Virus record (IMG/VR): IMGVR_UViG_3300001533_002564
Span: 40,189 to 104,188 of that record
DNA length: 64,000 nucleotides
Origin: a virus
Strand: one strand, 5' to 3'
Part shown: positions 40,461 to 51,314 of the stretch, in pieces
Numbering within the stretch: position 1 is the first letter of the stretch
Layout: each line of letters starts with the position of its first letter
Notes under the pieces: model-generated
The model's input: only the letters and a program-made list of their open reading frames with translations
Database searches by the model: none
What the model was told of the DNA's origin: nothing
Position numbers and translations under genes: made by a program

Positions 40461-40922
40461 ATGATTAGAAAAAAGAAAAATGTTCTTAATCAAAATATAA
40501 AAAAGGAACCAATAATCGAAAAAGAGAATATTGAAGAAGAAGAATTAAAATATAATGAAGATTATGTTGAAAATACTGAATCAAATAAAAATAGATGAGA
40601 AAATTCACCTTATTTACTGGGTTTAAATGGTAATACTGATGAATCAAAAACAAAATTATTTGAAGCAACTCCAAAACAACGAGTACCTGAAAATAATGAA
40701 TTAAATAATCAAGATTCATTAACTGGTTTAAAAAATGATGAACAACCACAATATCCATTACAAGATGAAAATATTGAAGAAGCTCCTGAAGAAATTGTTC
40801 AACAAATATTAGAATATTATCCAAAAAAAGATAAAGTGGAAGAAAAACCATAAAGAACATTAAAGAGTCTTAGTAAATCAGAACTTAGATTTTATCAAAG
40901 AACAGGTATTATGCCTAAATAA
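40461..40922 (+). pseudogene. Acidic low-complexity ORF (153 codons) interrupted by two in-frame stops (TGA 40596, TAA 40851)
   Basis: One frame with phage-like codon usage from MIRKKK to ...SELRFYQRTGIMPK*; missed by the ORF track. Confidence 0.65.
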
Positions 40923-41013
40923 CATTTATTAATAATATTCAGTATTGTTTTCAAATACACGAGTATTTATTATTAAACGTAAAAATAAATAAAACAAATT
41001 AAATTTAGATAAA

Positions 41014-41511
41014 ATGGCAGCAGAAGAAACAATGATAAGAACGATGCCTTTTGATTACGAACCAAAAAGAGTCAATAGATTCTTTGCAGTTTTTAATGAT
41101 TCATTAGGAATTCAGGTTTGGAAGGTTCAAAAGTTTAAAAGACCTTCAATGAAAATAAATAGTGTTCCAATTCAATATATGAACGAGCAAAACTATGTTG
41201 CTGGTAGATATACTTGGGATACTATGTCGATTACATTTCTTGACCCAATCGGTCCGTCTACTTCACAACAATTAATGGAATGGGTTCGTTTACATGCAGA
41301 ATCACTTACTGGACGTATGGGTTACGCAGCAGGTTATAAAAAAAACATAACACTTAAATCATTAGACCCAACAGGTGTTGAAGTTGAAAAATGGTTTTTA
41401 GAACAATGTATGATAACAAGTATTGATTTTGGTGAAAATGATTATACTAATGATGAATTAACTAATATAACATTAGAGATTCAGCCGTGGAGATGTATTT
41501 TAAATCTGTAA
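41014..41511 (+). CDS. Tail tube protein (gp19-like)
   Basis: EPKRVNRF, YVAGRYTWDTMSITFLDPI, LMEWVR, LDPTG..VEKW.L; follows sheath; late motif at 40963. Confidence 0.9.
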   Translation: MAAEETMIRTMPFDYEPKRVNRFFAVFNDSLGIQVWKVQKFKRPSMKINSVPIQYMNEQNYVAGRYTWDTMSITFLDPIGPSTSQQLMEWVRLHAESLTGRMGYAAGYKKNITLKSLDPTGVEVEKWFLEQCMITSIDFGENDYTNDELTNITLEIQPWRCILNL

Positions 41512-41530
41512 TAATCAAATATTTAAAATT

Positions 41531-41570
41531 ATTTATTTAAAGCCACCAATATTGGTGGTTTTAAATAAAT
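41531..41570. terminator. Long inverted repeat/terminator after tube gene
   Basis: atttatttaaagccacca-atat-tggtggttttaaataaat. Confidence 0.8.
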
Positions 41571-41598
41571 TAATAATGGGAAACGTAAACAAATTAAT

Positions 41599-42261
41599 AT
41601 GAAAAATCAAAAAGTAAATGCAATTGATTTTAAAGAAATTAAAACATTAGCACATGCATATATCCTTGGGTTGTTATGGGCAGATGGAACAGTAATTTTT
41701 GCAAATAATAATGCTAAAACACCACAAATAAAACACTCTGCAAAAAAAGATGACAATATATCATTTAGAAAAATTTTTTAAATGACTGGTGATTGGGGTT
41801 TATATAAAACAAGAAATCAGGGGTCATTTACTAAAAAAAATAATATTCTTGAAGTAAATTGGACATCTAATAGAGAATTAGGTGAATTTTTAATTCAAAA
41901 TGATTATAGAAATAAAATAAAATCACCAAATAAAATATTAAATAAGTTAGGTGTATTAGAAAAACAATTATGGTTTAGAGGTTTTTTTGATGGTGATGGT
42001 TCAATTACTATTATACCTAATGGACATCATTCAATAGCATTTACTGGTTCAAAATTTCAAAATTGGGAGTTTATTAAAAATTTATTTAATGAAATTGGAA
42101 TTGAGCGATATAAGGAAAGAATTATTAAAAGTAGAAATGCGTTTTCTTCACAGATAAGAATAACTAATAAAAAAGATATTAATATATTCTATAATTATCT
42201 ATATCAAAATTCGTTAAATATTGGATTAATGAGAAAACAAGAAAAATTTATATTACTTTAA
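41599..42261 (+). pseudogene. Two-motif LAGLIDADG homing endonuclease broken by in-frame TAA at 41779
   Basis: AYILGLLWADG in the first ORF, WFRGFFDGDG in the second, same frame. Confidence 0.82.
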
Positions 42262-43033
42262 TTTCATCAATTCTTTTACTTATAATAAGATTTACATAAT
42301 ATGATAAATCTTTCATCTTAATAATTTTATATGATGAATTATTATGAGAATACCAAATAATATATGATTTTCCGAGCTTAATTCCTGTAACTTTCTCTAT
42401 AATATATTTATATATTCCTAATTGTAATGAATATATATTTAAATCAGAATCATCTAACATAAAAAGTTCATTATTCATTTTCCTTTCAGAACTTAATGAT
42501 AGTTTTTTGTTTGTTTTATGGTCCCAAATTTGAAATTCTTTGGCTTTAACGTTATAAAATAACATATCAAGCATTCCTCCAATCAATGATTCTTTATCAT
42601 AAACAATCATTTCTGTTCGAATTGGTATTAACTTACCTTTAACGTCTTTATGAAATTTATCAACATGTTTTTTTGTAATATTATATTCTTCTAAAATAGG
42701 GTCAAAACCAAATTCATTTAATATTTGTTGTTTTGGGTATGGGAATATTTTATTTAAAAAAAGATTTTCAGCATAATCATGAATTGCTGAACCTTTCATT
42801 GTTCCTTTTTTATTAATAAATCTCCAAGCACGTATAACTTCTTTTTGTGAAATACCGTATTCCTGACTTTTAACTTTTGACCAATATTCTTCATTAAATT
42901 CTTCTTTATATTTATGAAGTATTGTTGTTACACTTATTAATTCTTTATTATTAATATAATATTTATGTGGTTCATCATGATAAACCACATTATTAAAGGA
43001 AGTATATAAAATATTAGGTATTTCGATATTCAT
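42248..43033 (-). CDS. PD-(D/E)XK family exonuclease
   Basis: H.YY, SVTTIL, G.AIH..AE, TEM.V, GMLDML, IWDHKTNK, YSLQL..Y. Confidence 0.8.
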   Translation of the reverse strand: MNIEIPNILYTSFNNVVYHDEPHKYYINNKELISVTTILHKYKEEFNEEYWSKVKSQEYGISQKEVIRAWRFINKKGTMKGSAIHDYAENLFLNKIFPYPKQQILNEFGFDPILEEYNITKKHVDKFHKDVKGKLIPIRTEMIVYDKESLIGGMLDMLFYNVKAKEFQIWDHKTNKKLSLSSERKMNNELFMLDDSDLNIYSLQLGIYKYIIEKVTGIKLGKSYIIWYSHNNSSYKIIKMKDLSYYVNLIISKRIDEIKVI

Positions 43034-43037
43034 TAAG

Positions 43038-43066
43038 CAAATATATGAAAAATTAATTAATTACAA
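43038..43066 (-). promoter_or_regulatory. Bacteroidota promoter TTG-N18-TATATTTG
   Basis: Directly upstream of the exonuclease ATG. Confidence 0.55.
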
Positions 43067-43946
43067 TATTATTTTGCATTATTTGTTCAAATTGAATTGA
43101 TTCGAGTTTATTAATAATATCATTTTTATCTGCAGAAATACCAGAATATCCATGTATATGATTAATTAAGGCAAGTCTTATTATTTCCAATGCTTCAACA
43201 AGTACATCAGCACGTGCCATAGGATGTCCTTGTTCAAATATTCTTTTTCTATCTTCTGATGATAATTTTGCTGCTTTAAAATTAGGAATTCCATCATGAC
43301 TAATTATTGCTATTTTATCACTTTGAATAACAGTATTACTATAATAATTATCATTATTTTCTTCAGTTGGTTCAAAAACCATATTAATTGAAGCAGGATT
43401 TTCAGTATTAAGTTTTAAAATATTATTATTTTCATGTTTACCTGCTCTAATATGGACTTCATTAACTCTTAAAATAACATCAGTATTAACTTTTCCAACA
43501 ATAGCAATATCTGATTTTAATGGAAATACACCTTCGGCATCAGGATATGTTGATGGTGCTTTTTCTGGTCTGGTTAAACCAAGATTAGTTGTTGAAAGTG
43601 CAGTAAATTTAGAATCAAAACCAATTTTTTGTGGTTGAGAAATTATACTTCCAATCCAAAATCTACTTCTTTCAGGGAATTTGTTATCTTCAATAAGAAT
43701 TCTAACCATTTCACCAACTTGTGGATAAACATGAAAAAACTTAGGTAATAATGGATATGCCCAAGGTAAATGATTATTTGCTGTTTGATTATCTAGTTCA
43801 GGTATTTTAACTTTTATTCTACCACCATCACTATCATCAGTAATACTTATTACTTCACCATAAAAAATCGTTCTATTCCTAACAATACTTGCATATTCTT
43901 TTTTATTAGGATTACTTGTTTGTATTATCGGTTTATCAAATCCCAT
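43053..43946 (-). CDS. Baseplate spike/hub protein, gp5/VgrG OB-fold
   Basis: GEVISITD...GRIKVKIP...LPWAYPL...PQVGE.V....RFWIG. Confidence 0.8.
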   Translation of the reverse strand: MGFDKPIIQTSNPNKKEYASIVRNRTIFYGEVISITDDSDGGRIKVKIPELDNQTANNHLPWAYPLLPKFFHVYPQVGEMVRILIEDNKFPERSRFWIGSIISQPQKIGFDSKFTALSTTNLGLTRPEKAPSTYPDAEGVFPLKSDIAIVGKVNTDVILRVNEVHIRAGKHENNNILKLNTENPASINMVFEPTEENNDNYYSNTVIQSDKIAIISHDGIPNFKAAKLSSEDRKRIFEQGHPMARADVLVEALEIIRLALINHIHGYSGISADKNDIINKLESIQFEQIMQNNIVIN

Positions 43947-44149
43947 TATTCTACTAGTTTTTCAATAATCATTACATATTTTTTTTCAAGGTCTTCTAAA
44001 TTTTTTATTTTAACATTAATTTTATCTTCAAGTTCTTGCATTTCATATGTATGGTCAATAATTTCTTTTTTCAAGGCATCATGTTGTGCTTTGATATCAT
44101 TACCCATTTTTTGAAGTTGTATTGCTGTATATTTATCTAAATCTTTCAT
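43946..44149 (-). CDS. Small coiled-coil hypothetical protein
   Basis: 67 aa; TAATG overlaps on both sides. Confidence 0.7.
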   Translation of the reverse strand: MKDLDKYTAIQLQKMGNDIKAQHDALKKEIIDHTYEMQELEDKINVKIKNLEDLEKKYVMIIEKLVE

Positions 44150-44556
44150 TATTGTGCTATACCATATGCTTTAGTTAATGTTATTGTTGAGCCAAATACG
44201 GATACAGGTCCAGCAGCCGAAACTCCTGCTGCAGTTAATGTTATACCCGGGGGAATTGCAACACTTATAATCATATCTTGTTGTATTGCTTTAATAATTT
44301 CTTCAACTCTAATTCTTTCCATTATTTCATCAGGATTAATTCCACCCGATGGTAATGCGCCAATTGGTAAACCTGCTTCAGATTTCCTTGAAATTATATT
44401 TGATGCGATTTTAGTTGGTGATAATCCAGTACGAGTAGGTACACCAACTAAAATAAGTGGTGTTGGTATGGAAGGTGGTCCTCCAATCGATGAAAGACTT
44501 AATACTTTAGTAAATCCTCCAATAATCCCATCAATACTACTAAAATCAATTGCCAT
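44149..44556 (-). CDS. Hypothetical (possible baseplate spike-tip-associated) protein
   Basis: 135 aa, G/P/S-rich, adjacent to the gp5-like gene. Confidence 0.5.
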   Translation of the reverse strand: MAIDFSSIDGIIGGFTKVLSLSSIGGPPSIPTPLILVGVPTRTGLSPTKIASNIISRKSEAGLPIGALPSGGINPDEIMERIRVEEIIKAIQQDMIISVAIPPGITLTAAGVSAAGPVSVFGSTITLTKAYGIAQ

Positions 44557-44557
44557 A

Positions 44558-44731
44558 TTATTTCATTTTTAATTTTTTTATATCAATCCATTTCCAACCT
44601 AAGAATAATTTCATGCATAATCTCCTAAACCAATTTGGCTTAGAAGTAGTTACAAGTTGAGTACCTTCTTTTTTTCCATCGATAAGATATACTCCAACAA
44701 ACGGTTTATTTAATTTTTGGTCTATTATCAT
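44558..44731 (-). CDS. Small hypothetical protein, 57 aa (MIIDQKLNKPFVG...)
   Basis: ATG-TAA ORF filling the gap; absent from the ORF track. Confidence 0.55.
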   Translation of the reverse strand: MIIDQKLNKPFVGVYLIDGKKEGTQLVTTSKPNWFRRLCMKLFLGWKWIDIKKLKMK

Positions 44732-44742
44732 AATTTTATGTT

Positions 44743-46053
44743 TTAAATACTAACTGGTATTAAACTTTTTAAAAGGTCAATATATTGTTTTACCTTTTCT
44801 TTAATAACCCTTTTTATTACTGGTTTTAATAATTTAATTAAATATGAAACAGCTAATAAAAATAAAAACTCAGATATTAGTGTTTTTATTTCTTTTGATA
44901 AACATTTAATTAATGTTTTAAAATTTTTTGCTGTATCAACAACATTATTTGATAAACTTCCAATTCCACCTTGAAGTTTATCCATTATCGCAAATAATAC
45001 TAATATTTGAGGTGCTGCTGTTAATGCTTCAATTATTTTAAGAATAAATGTATTAATTAATAATTCAAAAAACCCATTCTTTACAGTTTCTTTATTTTGA
45101 TTTGTTGTTTCAGGTGAAGTACTACTTTCATCAATTGTTGATTCAAGCTGGTCACCAACATAATATGGGTCTGTTGACCCAGAAATATTTTTTATTAATT
45201 TATCAAAATCATCAAAATTTAATTTAGATGAAATTAAACCACAACCCATATCATAATTAATAATTCCTTTAGATATTTCCTGTGCTTTATTAAGTAATTT
45301 ATCATTATCTTCAGGTGATATTTCAAAAGAGTCATCGCCTTCAATAACTTGTTTTAAACTTTGTTCAAGAACTAATTCATTATATATTTGTTCTGATGTT
45401 TTATTTTGGTTATTACTTAATGTTCCATAAACACTATCCATAACTGAACTAATTATTTCTTTTTCATTTAATATTTCAGTATTGTCAATATAACTATTAA
45501 AAAATTCTCCAACATTTTGATTTCCTAAACTTGAATTAGGTTTAATTTGAAAACTATCACTACTTTCAATATATTTAATTGATAGATTATTATATGTTTC
45601 AAAATTTCCTGAATTTTGAATTGCATCATATGCTGTTGCATCAAAACTATCTGATGGTGAACCGTAAATTAAACTTCCAGTATTTGAATTTGGATTAGTT
45701 TTAAATTTATTTTTATTGTCAATTGATTTAACTGATGTAGTTATACCATTAGTTTTAAATGTACTTGAAAATTCTTGGTCTGAATTTGATTGTGTTAATT
45801 GTTTCTTTAGTGATGTTTTTAATTTTGGTTCAACTTCTTTTATTAAACCAGAAAATATTTTACCTATGGTAGATTTAACTGCTTCAGTACCTGCAATAGA
45901 ATTCATTACATTAATAATAAAAGAAAAACTATTGTCTTTATTATTAATTGATGAAAACGTATCATTTAGTAATGCAGGTTTTTGTTCTTCATCTAAAGAC
46001 TTATATACACCAACCTGATTTATAACACTTCTTTTATCATCAGCAATACTCAT
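44743..46053 (-). CDS. Hypothetical late protein with hydrophobic C-terminal helices
   Basis: 436 aa ORF in a late operon. Confidence 0.65.
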   Translation of the reverse strand: MSIADDKRSVINQVGVYKSLDEEQKPALLNDTFSSINNKDNSFSFIINVMNSIAGTEAVKSTIGKIFSGLIKEVEPKLKTSLKKQLTQSNSDQEFSSTFKTNGITTSVKSIDNKNKFKTNPNSNTGSLIYGSPSDSFDATAYDAIQNSGNFETYNNLSIKYIESSDSFQIKPNSSLGNQNVGEFFNSYIDNTEILNEKEIISSVMDSVYGTLSNNQNKTSEQIYNELVLEQSLKQVIEGDDSFEISPEDNDKLLNKAQEISKGIINYDMGCGLISSKLNFDDFDKLIKNISGSTDPYYVGDQLESTIDESSTSPETTNQNKETVKNGFFELLINTFILKIIEALTAAPQILVLFAIMDKLQGGIGSLSNNVVDTAKNFKTLIKCLSKEIKTLISEFLFLLAVSYLIKLLKPVIKRVIKEKVKQYIDLLKSLIPVSI

Positions 46054-46436
46054 TATTTTTTACCTTTTTTTTCAAGTTCTTCATGAACAAAACTTAATAA
46101 CTCATTTCTTCTGTCAGTACCAACTTCACCAGTTTCATCATCACCACCTGATACATTTTTTATTGTACCTTCACCTTTTTTATCAAAAACAACTTCTTTT
46201 AAATAACGTAATAACATAATTTTTTGGTCTTGATTTTTTGCTTCTGCTGATATAAGTTTAACTATTTGATCGCCAATTGCAGCAACTTCACCAGTTTCTT
46301 TTATTTTAGTTTCCCATTTAGTAAATAATCTAGTGATTTTTGCTTTCTGATTATGACTCTCATCATAGATTTCTTGAAGAAGTTTATTAACACTTTCTTC
46401 ATCAAATTTTAATTTTTTTCTTTTTGGTCTACTCAT
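46053..46436 (-). CDS. Hypothetical coiled-coil protein
   Basis: 127 aa; start overlaps the HEN stop. Confidence 0.7.
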   Translation of the reverse strand: MSRPKRKKLKFDEESVNKLLQEIYDESHNQKAKITRLFTKWETKIKETGEVAAIGDQIVKLISAEAKNQDQKIMLLRYLKEVVFDKKGEGTIKNVSGGDDETGEVGTDRRNELLSFVHEELEKKGKK

Positions 46437-47046
46437 TGTCGTATAATATTAGTCTTTTTTTATAATTTATGATATCACTAATATGTGATGGGTCAACATT
46501 ATACATATTAGCTAATATACATTGTTTTATATTATCATTTTCATATAATAATCTAATCTTCTTCACATCATTATTTAACAATTTTCTTTTATAATTATGT
46601 AAACCAATTAATCTTTTTGCTTCAGAACTATGTTTTTTATTATAAAAATTATTTCCTTTACCACTCATTCTTCTTTTTTTATCTTCAATACCCCTTTGAT
46701 GTTTAGAACCTAAGTTATTTTTTGCTAAAGGGCAGATATTATAACCATATTTATTATTAAATGATTTATATTTATTAATATAGTTTTGTTCAATTAATAC
46801 TAAATTATCAATATTGTTTATTATTTCAATAACACCAAATATAAACATATTTTCGCCATATTTATTCCATGCATTTTATAAATGCCTAGAATGATATTTA
46901 TTATTATTTAATAAAAATCGATGACTTGATAATCTACTAATTAAACATTTAGCACTTCCAATATAGACTTTACCATTATATAAATTTTTTATTAAGTAAA
47001 CACCCGAATCTTTTATATTTATTCCATATTTACTTGATCGTGCCAT
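46429..47046 (-). pseudogene. GIY-YIG homing endonuclease with premature TAA (46878-46880)
   Basis: MARSS...SGVYLIKN..NGKVYIGSA...HSRHL*NAWNKYG (paralog at 25930 has HLQNAYNKYG), then GYN, NUMOD3, HTH; late motif at 47061-47068. Confidence 0.82.
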
Positions 47047-47072
47047 ACTTTTTATTTATTATAAATACTAAT

Positions 47073-47361
47073 CATTCTAAAAGATATTCACTAATAATTG
47101 ATTTTCTATAATTTAAATTAAATGATGATTTTATTGATGTTTTAAATTCTTTATTAAGTTCAGGGTTAAATTTAATTATTAAATATGATTCAATAATATG
47201 CATGTTTGAAATATTTTTTAATTCAAAAATTTAAATCTTATTAAACATTTTATTTACAGTGTATTATTTAATAAGTTTTAATCATCTAAATTGTAATTAA
47301 TAAAAATTCTCTTATCATAAAAATCATTACCGTGTATATGTATAATATATGCAAGTTTCAA
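47073..47361 (-). pseudogene. Heavily decayed ORF, possibly GIY-YIG-like
   Basis: MKLAYII start, several stops and a frameshift, then AYIIESYLIIKFNPELN (E..LI....P.LN motif). Confidence 0.4.
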
Positions 47362-47412
47362 TAATTTTAATTATTTAATTAAATAATTAATATCGTCTTC
47401 TTTTATTTTTTA

Positions 47413-48288
47413 TTAATCATCTAAATAATCTAATTTTTCAAAAAAATAAATTTCCTTAAATGGTTTAATGCCGATTCTAATTTCTTTTGTTGTTAAACCT
47501 GTTTGTTCTTTTAAATATAATAAAATTTTATTTTTTGCAAATTTATTGGTAACACGTTTTTCATAATTACCTTCAGGACTATCTTCCATAAATAATATTT
47601 GCCAATTTTTTAAAATATTAGCAATTGCATCACCAACAAGAATTTCATTTTTTTTCATTGTTGAATTATTATCTATGAGGTCTTCAATTTTTTTAACAAC
47701 ACAATTAATTAATTTTTCAAGTTGATGCTGATTTTCCATTTCCATCTCATAAGTATATTCAGTATTACTATTAATTTCATCAACATAATTATCAAAATTT
47801 AAATTAGTCTTTTTTTCATTATAACTTTTTTTACTATGGTCTTTATAATAATTTCGAATAATTGTTTGACAATAACTAAATGCTTTAGATTTGAAAATTC
47901 TATAAGTATATCCATCATCAGATTTATTAATTTCTTTTAATTTTTTATTAGCGTCTTCAATATAAATAAATCGATAATCATTACCTAGTTTATACCACTT
48001 ATCATCAGTAGAATTATTTTTTTTACGTTCAATTATATATAATTTATACTTAATCATGTGTTCAATTAAGTGTGTGAGTGCATTAGATTCAACCTCTTCC
48101 ATATCGTAATTACCGATATGGATGGGGTATCTTCTTAATATTGATTGTATCATTTTTCTAAATGGTTCAATCAATATTTCATTATAGATTTTATTTTTTT
48201 CTTCAAATGAATCAGAATTAATATAATCTATAACTGCTTGTTCTTCTTTCTCTGCAAAATATTGCGTTGTGATTTCGGGTTTCTTCAT
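47413..48288 (-). CDS. Late-transcription sigma factor (gp55-like)
   Basis: YF...EEQAVIDY; KAFSYCQTIIRNYY region-2-like motif. Confidence 0.65.
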   Translation of the reverse strand: MKKPEITTQYFAEKEEQAVIDYINSDSFEEKNKIYNEILIEPFRKMIQSILRRYPIHIGNYDMEEVESNALTHLIEHMIKYKLYIIERKKNNSTDDKWYKLGNDYRFIYIEDANKKLKEINKSDDGYTYRIFKSKAFSYCQTIIRNYYKDHSKKSYNEKKTNLNFDNYVDEINSNTEYTYEMEMENQHQLEKLINCVVKKIEDLIDNNSTMKKNEILVGDAIANILKNWQILFMEDSPEGNYEKRVTNKFAKNKILLYLKEQTGLTTKEIRIGIKPFKEIYFFEKLDYLDD

Positions 48289-48310
48289 TCATATGTTATA
48301 AACTATATAG

Positions 48311-49123
48311 TTATTCAGCTATTACAATTTTTTTGATTTTAGACAAATCAATTGGTCTGTCATTCATAAAATTAGATTCTTTTGTTGCTGTTTCAAACCA
48401 GAATTTCCTTTCATCAATACTCATATTTTTTTGATATTCACCAAATAAACTATCTTCACGAGTTGCAAGATGTTTATAACCGATTTTTGGTATAGTAAAT
48501 ATTTTAGATGCATTATTTAATGCTCTAAGTAAAAATTCATACATAAATGCTAATTTTATGTTTGATTTATATTTACCAATATTTTCGAATTCAGATTTTT
48601 TTATAATTGCACCACTTAATTTAAAATCGGTATATTGTTTTAATATATTAATATTTAAATAACCAATTTCACCATTTTCGCCAACAAATTGTTGTGCCCA
48701 AACAGTTTCATTTGTTAATTTAATACCTTCATTTTTCTCATTTACTTCAATCATCATAGTTAAAAATATATCGATTTCAGGATAATTTTTAATATAATTT
48801 TCACCGTTTTTTATAAATGTTGAACTTAATTCATCATCAAATTCAACTACAGTAAAATATTCGGTAGTTACTGAATCAACAGCAAGATTAACTTGTGATT
48901 GATAATCAGTATTACCTTCATTTTTAATAAATGATATATTTGATTGAGTTTTACCAGAAAATTTAGATTTTATTTCATTCATCACTGATTCTGGTGATAC
49001 AATTAATATTTGTGGTAATTCTTTATTACCAACTTGTTTTGATATAGATTCAACTGCTTTATCCAAATATTTTTCAACAGTTTCATTAAATTCATGTATT
49101 GGAATTATTATTGATATATTCAT
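48311..49123 (-). CDS. Glycosyltransferase family 2 (GT-A)
   Basis: ISIIIP.H, AVESI..Q, N.AV....TEYFTVVEFDD. Confidence 0.8.
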   Translation of the reverse strand: MNISIIIPIHEFNETVEKYLDKAVESISKQVGNKELPQILIVSPESVMNEIKSKFSGKTQSNISFIKNEGNTDYQSQVNLAVDSVTTEYFTVVEFDDELSSTFIKNGENYIKNYPEIDIFLTMMIEVNEKNEGIKLTNETVWAQQFVGENGEIGYLNINILKQYTDFKLSGAIIKKSEFENIGKYKSNIKLAFMYEFLLRALNNASKIFTIPKIGYKHLATREDSLFGEYQKNMSIDERKFWFETATKESNFMNDRPIDLSKIKKIVIAE

Positions 49124-49147
49124 TTTAATTTAATTTAAAATTTATTA

Positions 49148-50296
49148 TTATTTTTCTTCAGTAACAGGTAATTCAAGTGATTTTTCTAATAAACTAATTC
49201 TTTTATCAGTTAATTCAGTATATATATCAATTATTTGAGATTCACTGTTATTTTGAGTATATTTAGCTACAACATTATTCATTGATTCATAAATTTCAGG
49301 TGAAATGTCATCATCTAAAAATTTCATAATTGTATTTCCAAGTAAAATAGGTAAATCATAATAATTTTCACTCCAAATACCAGCATTATCATTTGCTTTA
49401 ATTGGTTTATCATTTTCATCTCGTTCAATCATGTATTCAGGCATAATATCTGGTTTTAAACAAATAGGTATTGTTCCTGATTTCATACATTCTAAAGGAA
49501 ATGTTCCAAAAGAAGAAATTCTGTCAATCCAGATTGCTGCAAAATTATTTTGTAGTCTTTTTGCAAAATCTACTCTACGCATTGGTTGTGGTGGTTTACT
49601 TTTTGTTAACATAGTATCAAAAGTAATCCAATTATATTCAGGAAATTTATTAAAAAATAATTTTACAAATTTTGAAATTTCATTAGCATTTCTACCAATA
49701 ACAGAAATTACTGGTTTTTGTGGTTTATCTGTTTTTTCAAAATATTCAGGAATACCAATATCATATGTTTTAATATTAAATCTATTTTCACCATAATATA
49801 TTTCAAATAATTTTTTTAATGTTTCTGATGTAGTTATAACATCTTGAATACCAAAAGACGACCAATCAGTACCGGGAATCAAGGAATTCGTCATATAATC
49901 AATCGACTGTAATAAACCTACTCTCAAACAAGGTAAATTTTTTGTTTGTTCCATTATGTTTGAATATACTTCTGGAATTATCATCACATCTTCAGGACCG
50001 ACCATCAATTTAGGGTCTGCCATTGACATATGTACGTGGTCGGTAAGTTCTTTTTCAATCCAAGTTGGTACGACATAATCACCTTTTTCAACCATTACAA
50101 TTACTTCATAACCTAAATTTTTTACAACTGTTGCATGAAAATAAATCTCATATATACTTGCAACAGGACTTTGTGATTCAGGCACAATAAATAAAAATTT
50201 TGATTTCTTATTTTTTAACTTATCGAGACTAGTTTTAATTTTCTCGATTTTTTCTACTTCAGCATTTTGTGCTGCATTTGTTAATTCTTCACTCAT
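49148..50296 (-). CDS. GT-B-fold glycosyltransferase-like protein
   Basis: DVMIIPEVY and SSFGTFPLECMKSG motifs. Confidence 0.7.
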   Translation of the reverse strand: MSEELTNAAQNAEVEKIEKIKTSLDKLKNKKSKFLFIVPESQSPVASIYEIYFHATVVKNLGYEVIVMVEKGDYVVPTWIEKELTDHVHMSMADPKLMVGPEDVMIIPEVYSNIMEQTKNLPCLRVGLLQSIDYMTNSLIPGTDWSSFGIQDVITTSETLKKLFEIYYGENRFNIKTYDIGIPEYFEKTDKPQKPVISVIGRNANEISKFVKLFFNKFPEYNWITFDTMLTKSKPPQPMRRVDFAKRLQNNFAAIWIDRISSFGTFPLECMKSGTIPICLKPDIMPEYMIERDENDKPIKANDNAGIWSENYYDLPILLGNTIMKFLDDDISPEIYESMNNVVAKYTQNNSESQIIDIYTELTDKRISLLEKSLELPVTEEK

Positions 50297-50297
50297 T

Positions 50298-51038
50298 TTA
50301 TTTTTTCCTTTTATATTTAATTATTTTTTCAAAATCACTATTATTAATTAAATCAGCAATTTGTAAGACTTCTAATGAACCTGCTTTAATATTTTCATTA
50401 TAAGGTCTTTTTATTTTTATAATCTTCTTACCCCAAGGAGCACCGATTTTTAAAATTTCTGGGTCTGTTGTTATTAAAATATCAACATGTTTCCACATAT
50501 CTGTTGATTTATTAACAAATTTATAATTATTAAATCTCGATGATATTTTACTTAAAAAGAATAATGTCGGTGGTATACTAAATCTGTTTTCAACAGATAA
50601 TACAGTATAATCAACCTTATTTTCATATTTTTGTAAAAAATTATTTACATCTAAATCTAATTGCGGATACATTTTAGGAGCAGCACCATGAATTTCAAAA
50701 AGAAAATCTTCATACATAAATCTATTATATACTTCTTTTGCACTTAATTTAACTTTTTTAACTGGCTTAAATAACATAAAATCAGCAGGTGCTTCACCAT
50801 TTTTATCTAATTGATAATCAATCGGATTAATTTCTTCAGGTGTGTCTTCTGGTTCACGCATTTCTTTTATTTCTTCAACAACATCCTTCCAAGGATAATT
50901 ATTAAAAAAATCATAAACATATGGTTGTTCTTCTGGGATATCTTTATCACCAAATTCTTGTACATAGAATCTATCAAATTGTAACCATTTTGCTCTTAAT
51001 ATTTCATCAATATCAATACCTATTTTTTTCTTACTCAT
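50298..51038 (-). CDS. HAD-superfamily (5'-nucleotidase-like) protein
   Basis: IGIDIDEILR motif I; DILIT..P; RPYN. Confidence 0.65.
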   Translation of the reverse strand: MSKKKIGIDIDEILRAKWLQFDRFYVQEFGDKDIPEEQPYVYDFFNNYPWKDVVEEIKEMREPEDTPEEINPIDYQLDKNGEAPADFMLFKPVKKVKLSAKEVYNRFMYEDFLFEIHGAAPKMYPQLDLDVNNFLQKYENKVDYTVLSVENRFSIPPTLFFLSKISSRFNNYKFVNKSTDMWKHVDILITTDPEILKIGAPWGKKIIKIKRPYNENIKAGSLEVLQIADLINNSDFEKIIKYKRKK

Positions 51039-51312
51039 TATTATCTTTTTTTAATTCTTTCAATTGATGTTGAAGTTCTTCTTCTAACTTTTCCATCAAT
51101 TTAGTATGTTTATTAATTAAGTTTTTTCTTGTAATATATTCTGGATTAATACATTCAATTCTAGTATCAGATGATTGTACAGGTATAACAATTATTTCAC
51201 CTTGAAATGTTGAAGGAATAATTTTTTTTGCAATTTTATTTGTGTAATACTCAATATCTTCAATTCTGATACCTTGAACACCAATATATATAACTAATAT
51301 TTTATTTTTCAT
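51031..51312 (-). CDS. Hypothetical protein
   Basis: 93 aa ORF. Confidence 0.7.
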   Translation of the reverse strand: MKNKILVIYIGVQGIRIEDIEYYTNKIAKKIIPSTFQGEIIVIPVQSSDTRIECINPEYITRKNLINKHTKLMEKLEEELQHQLKELKKDNNE

Positions 51313-51314
51313 AA

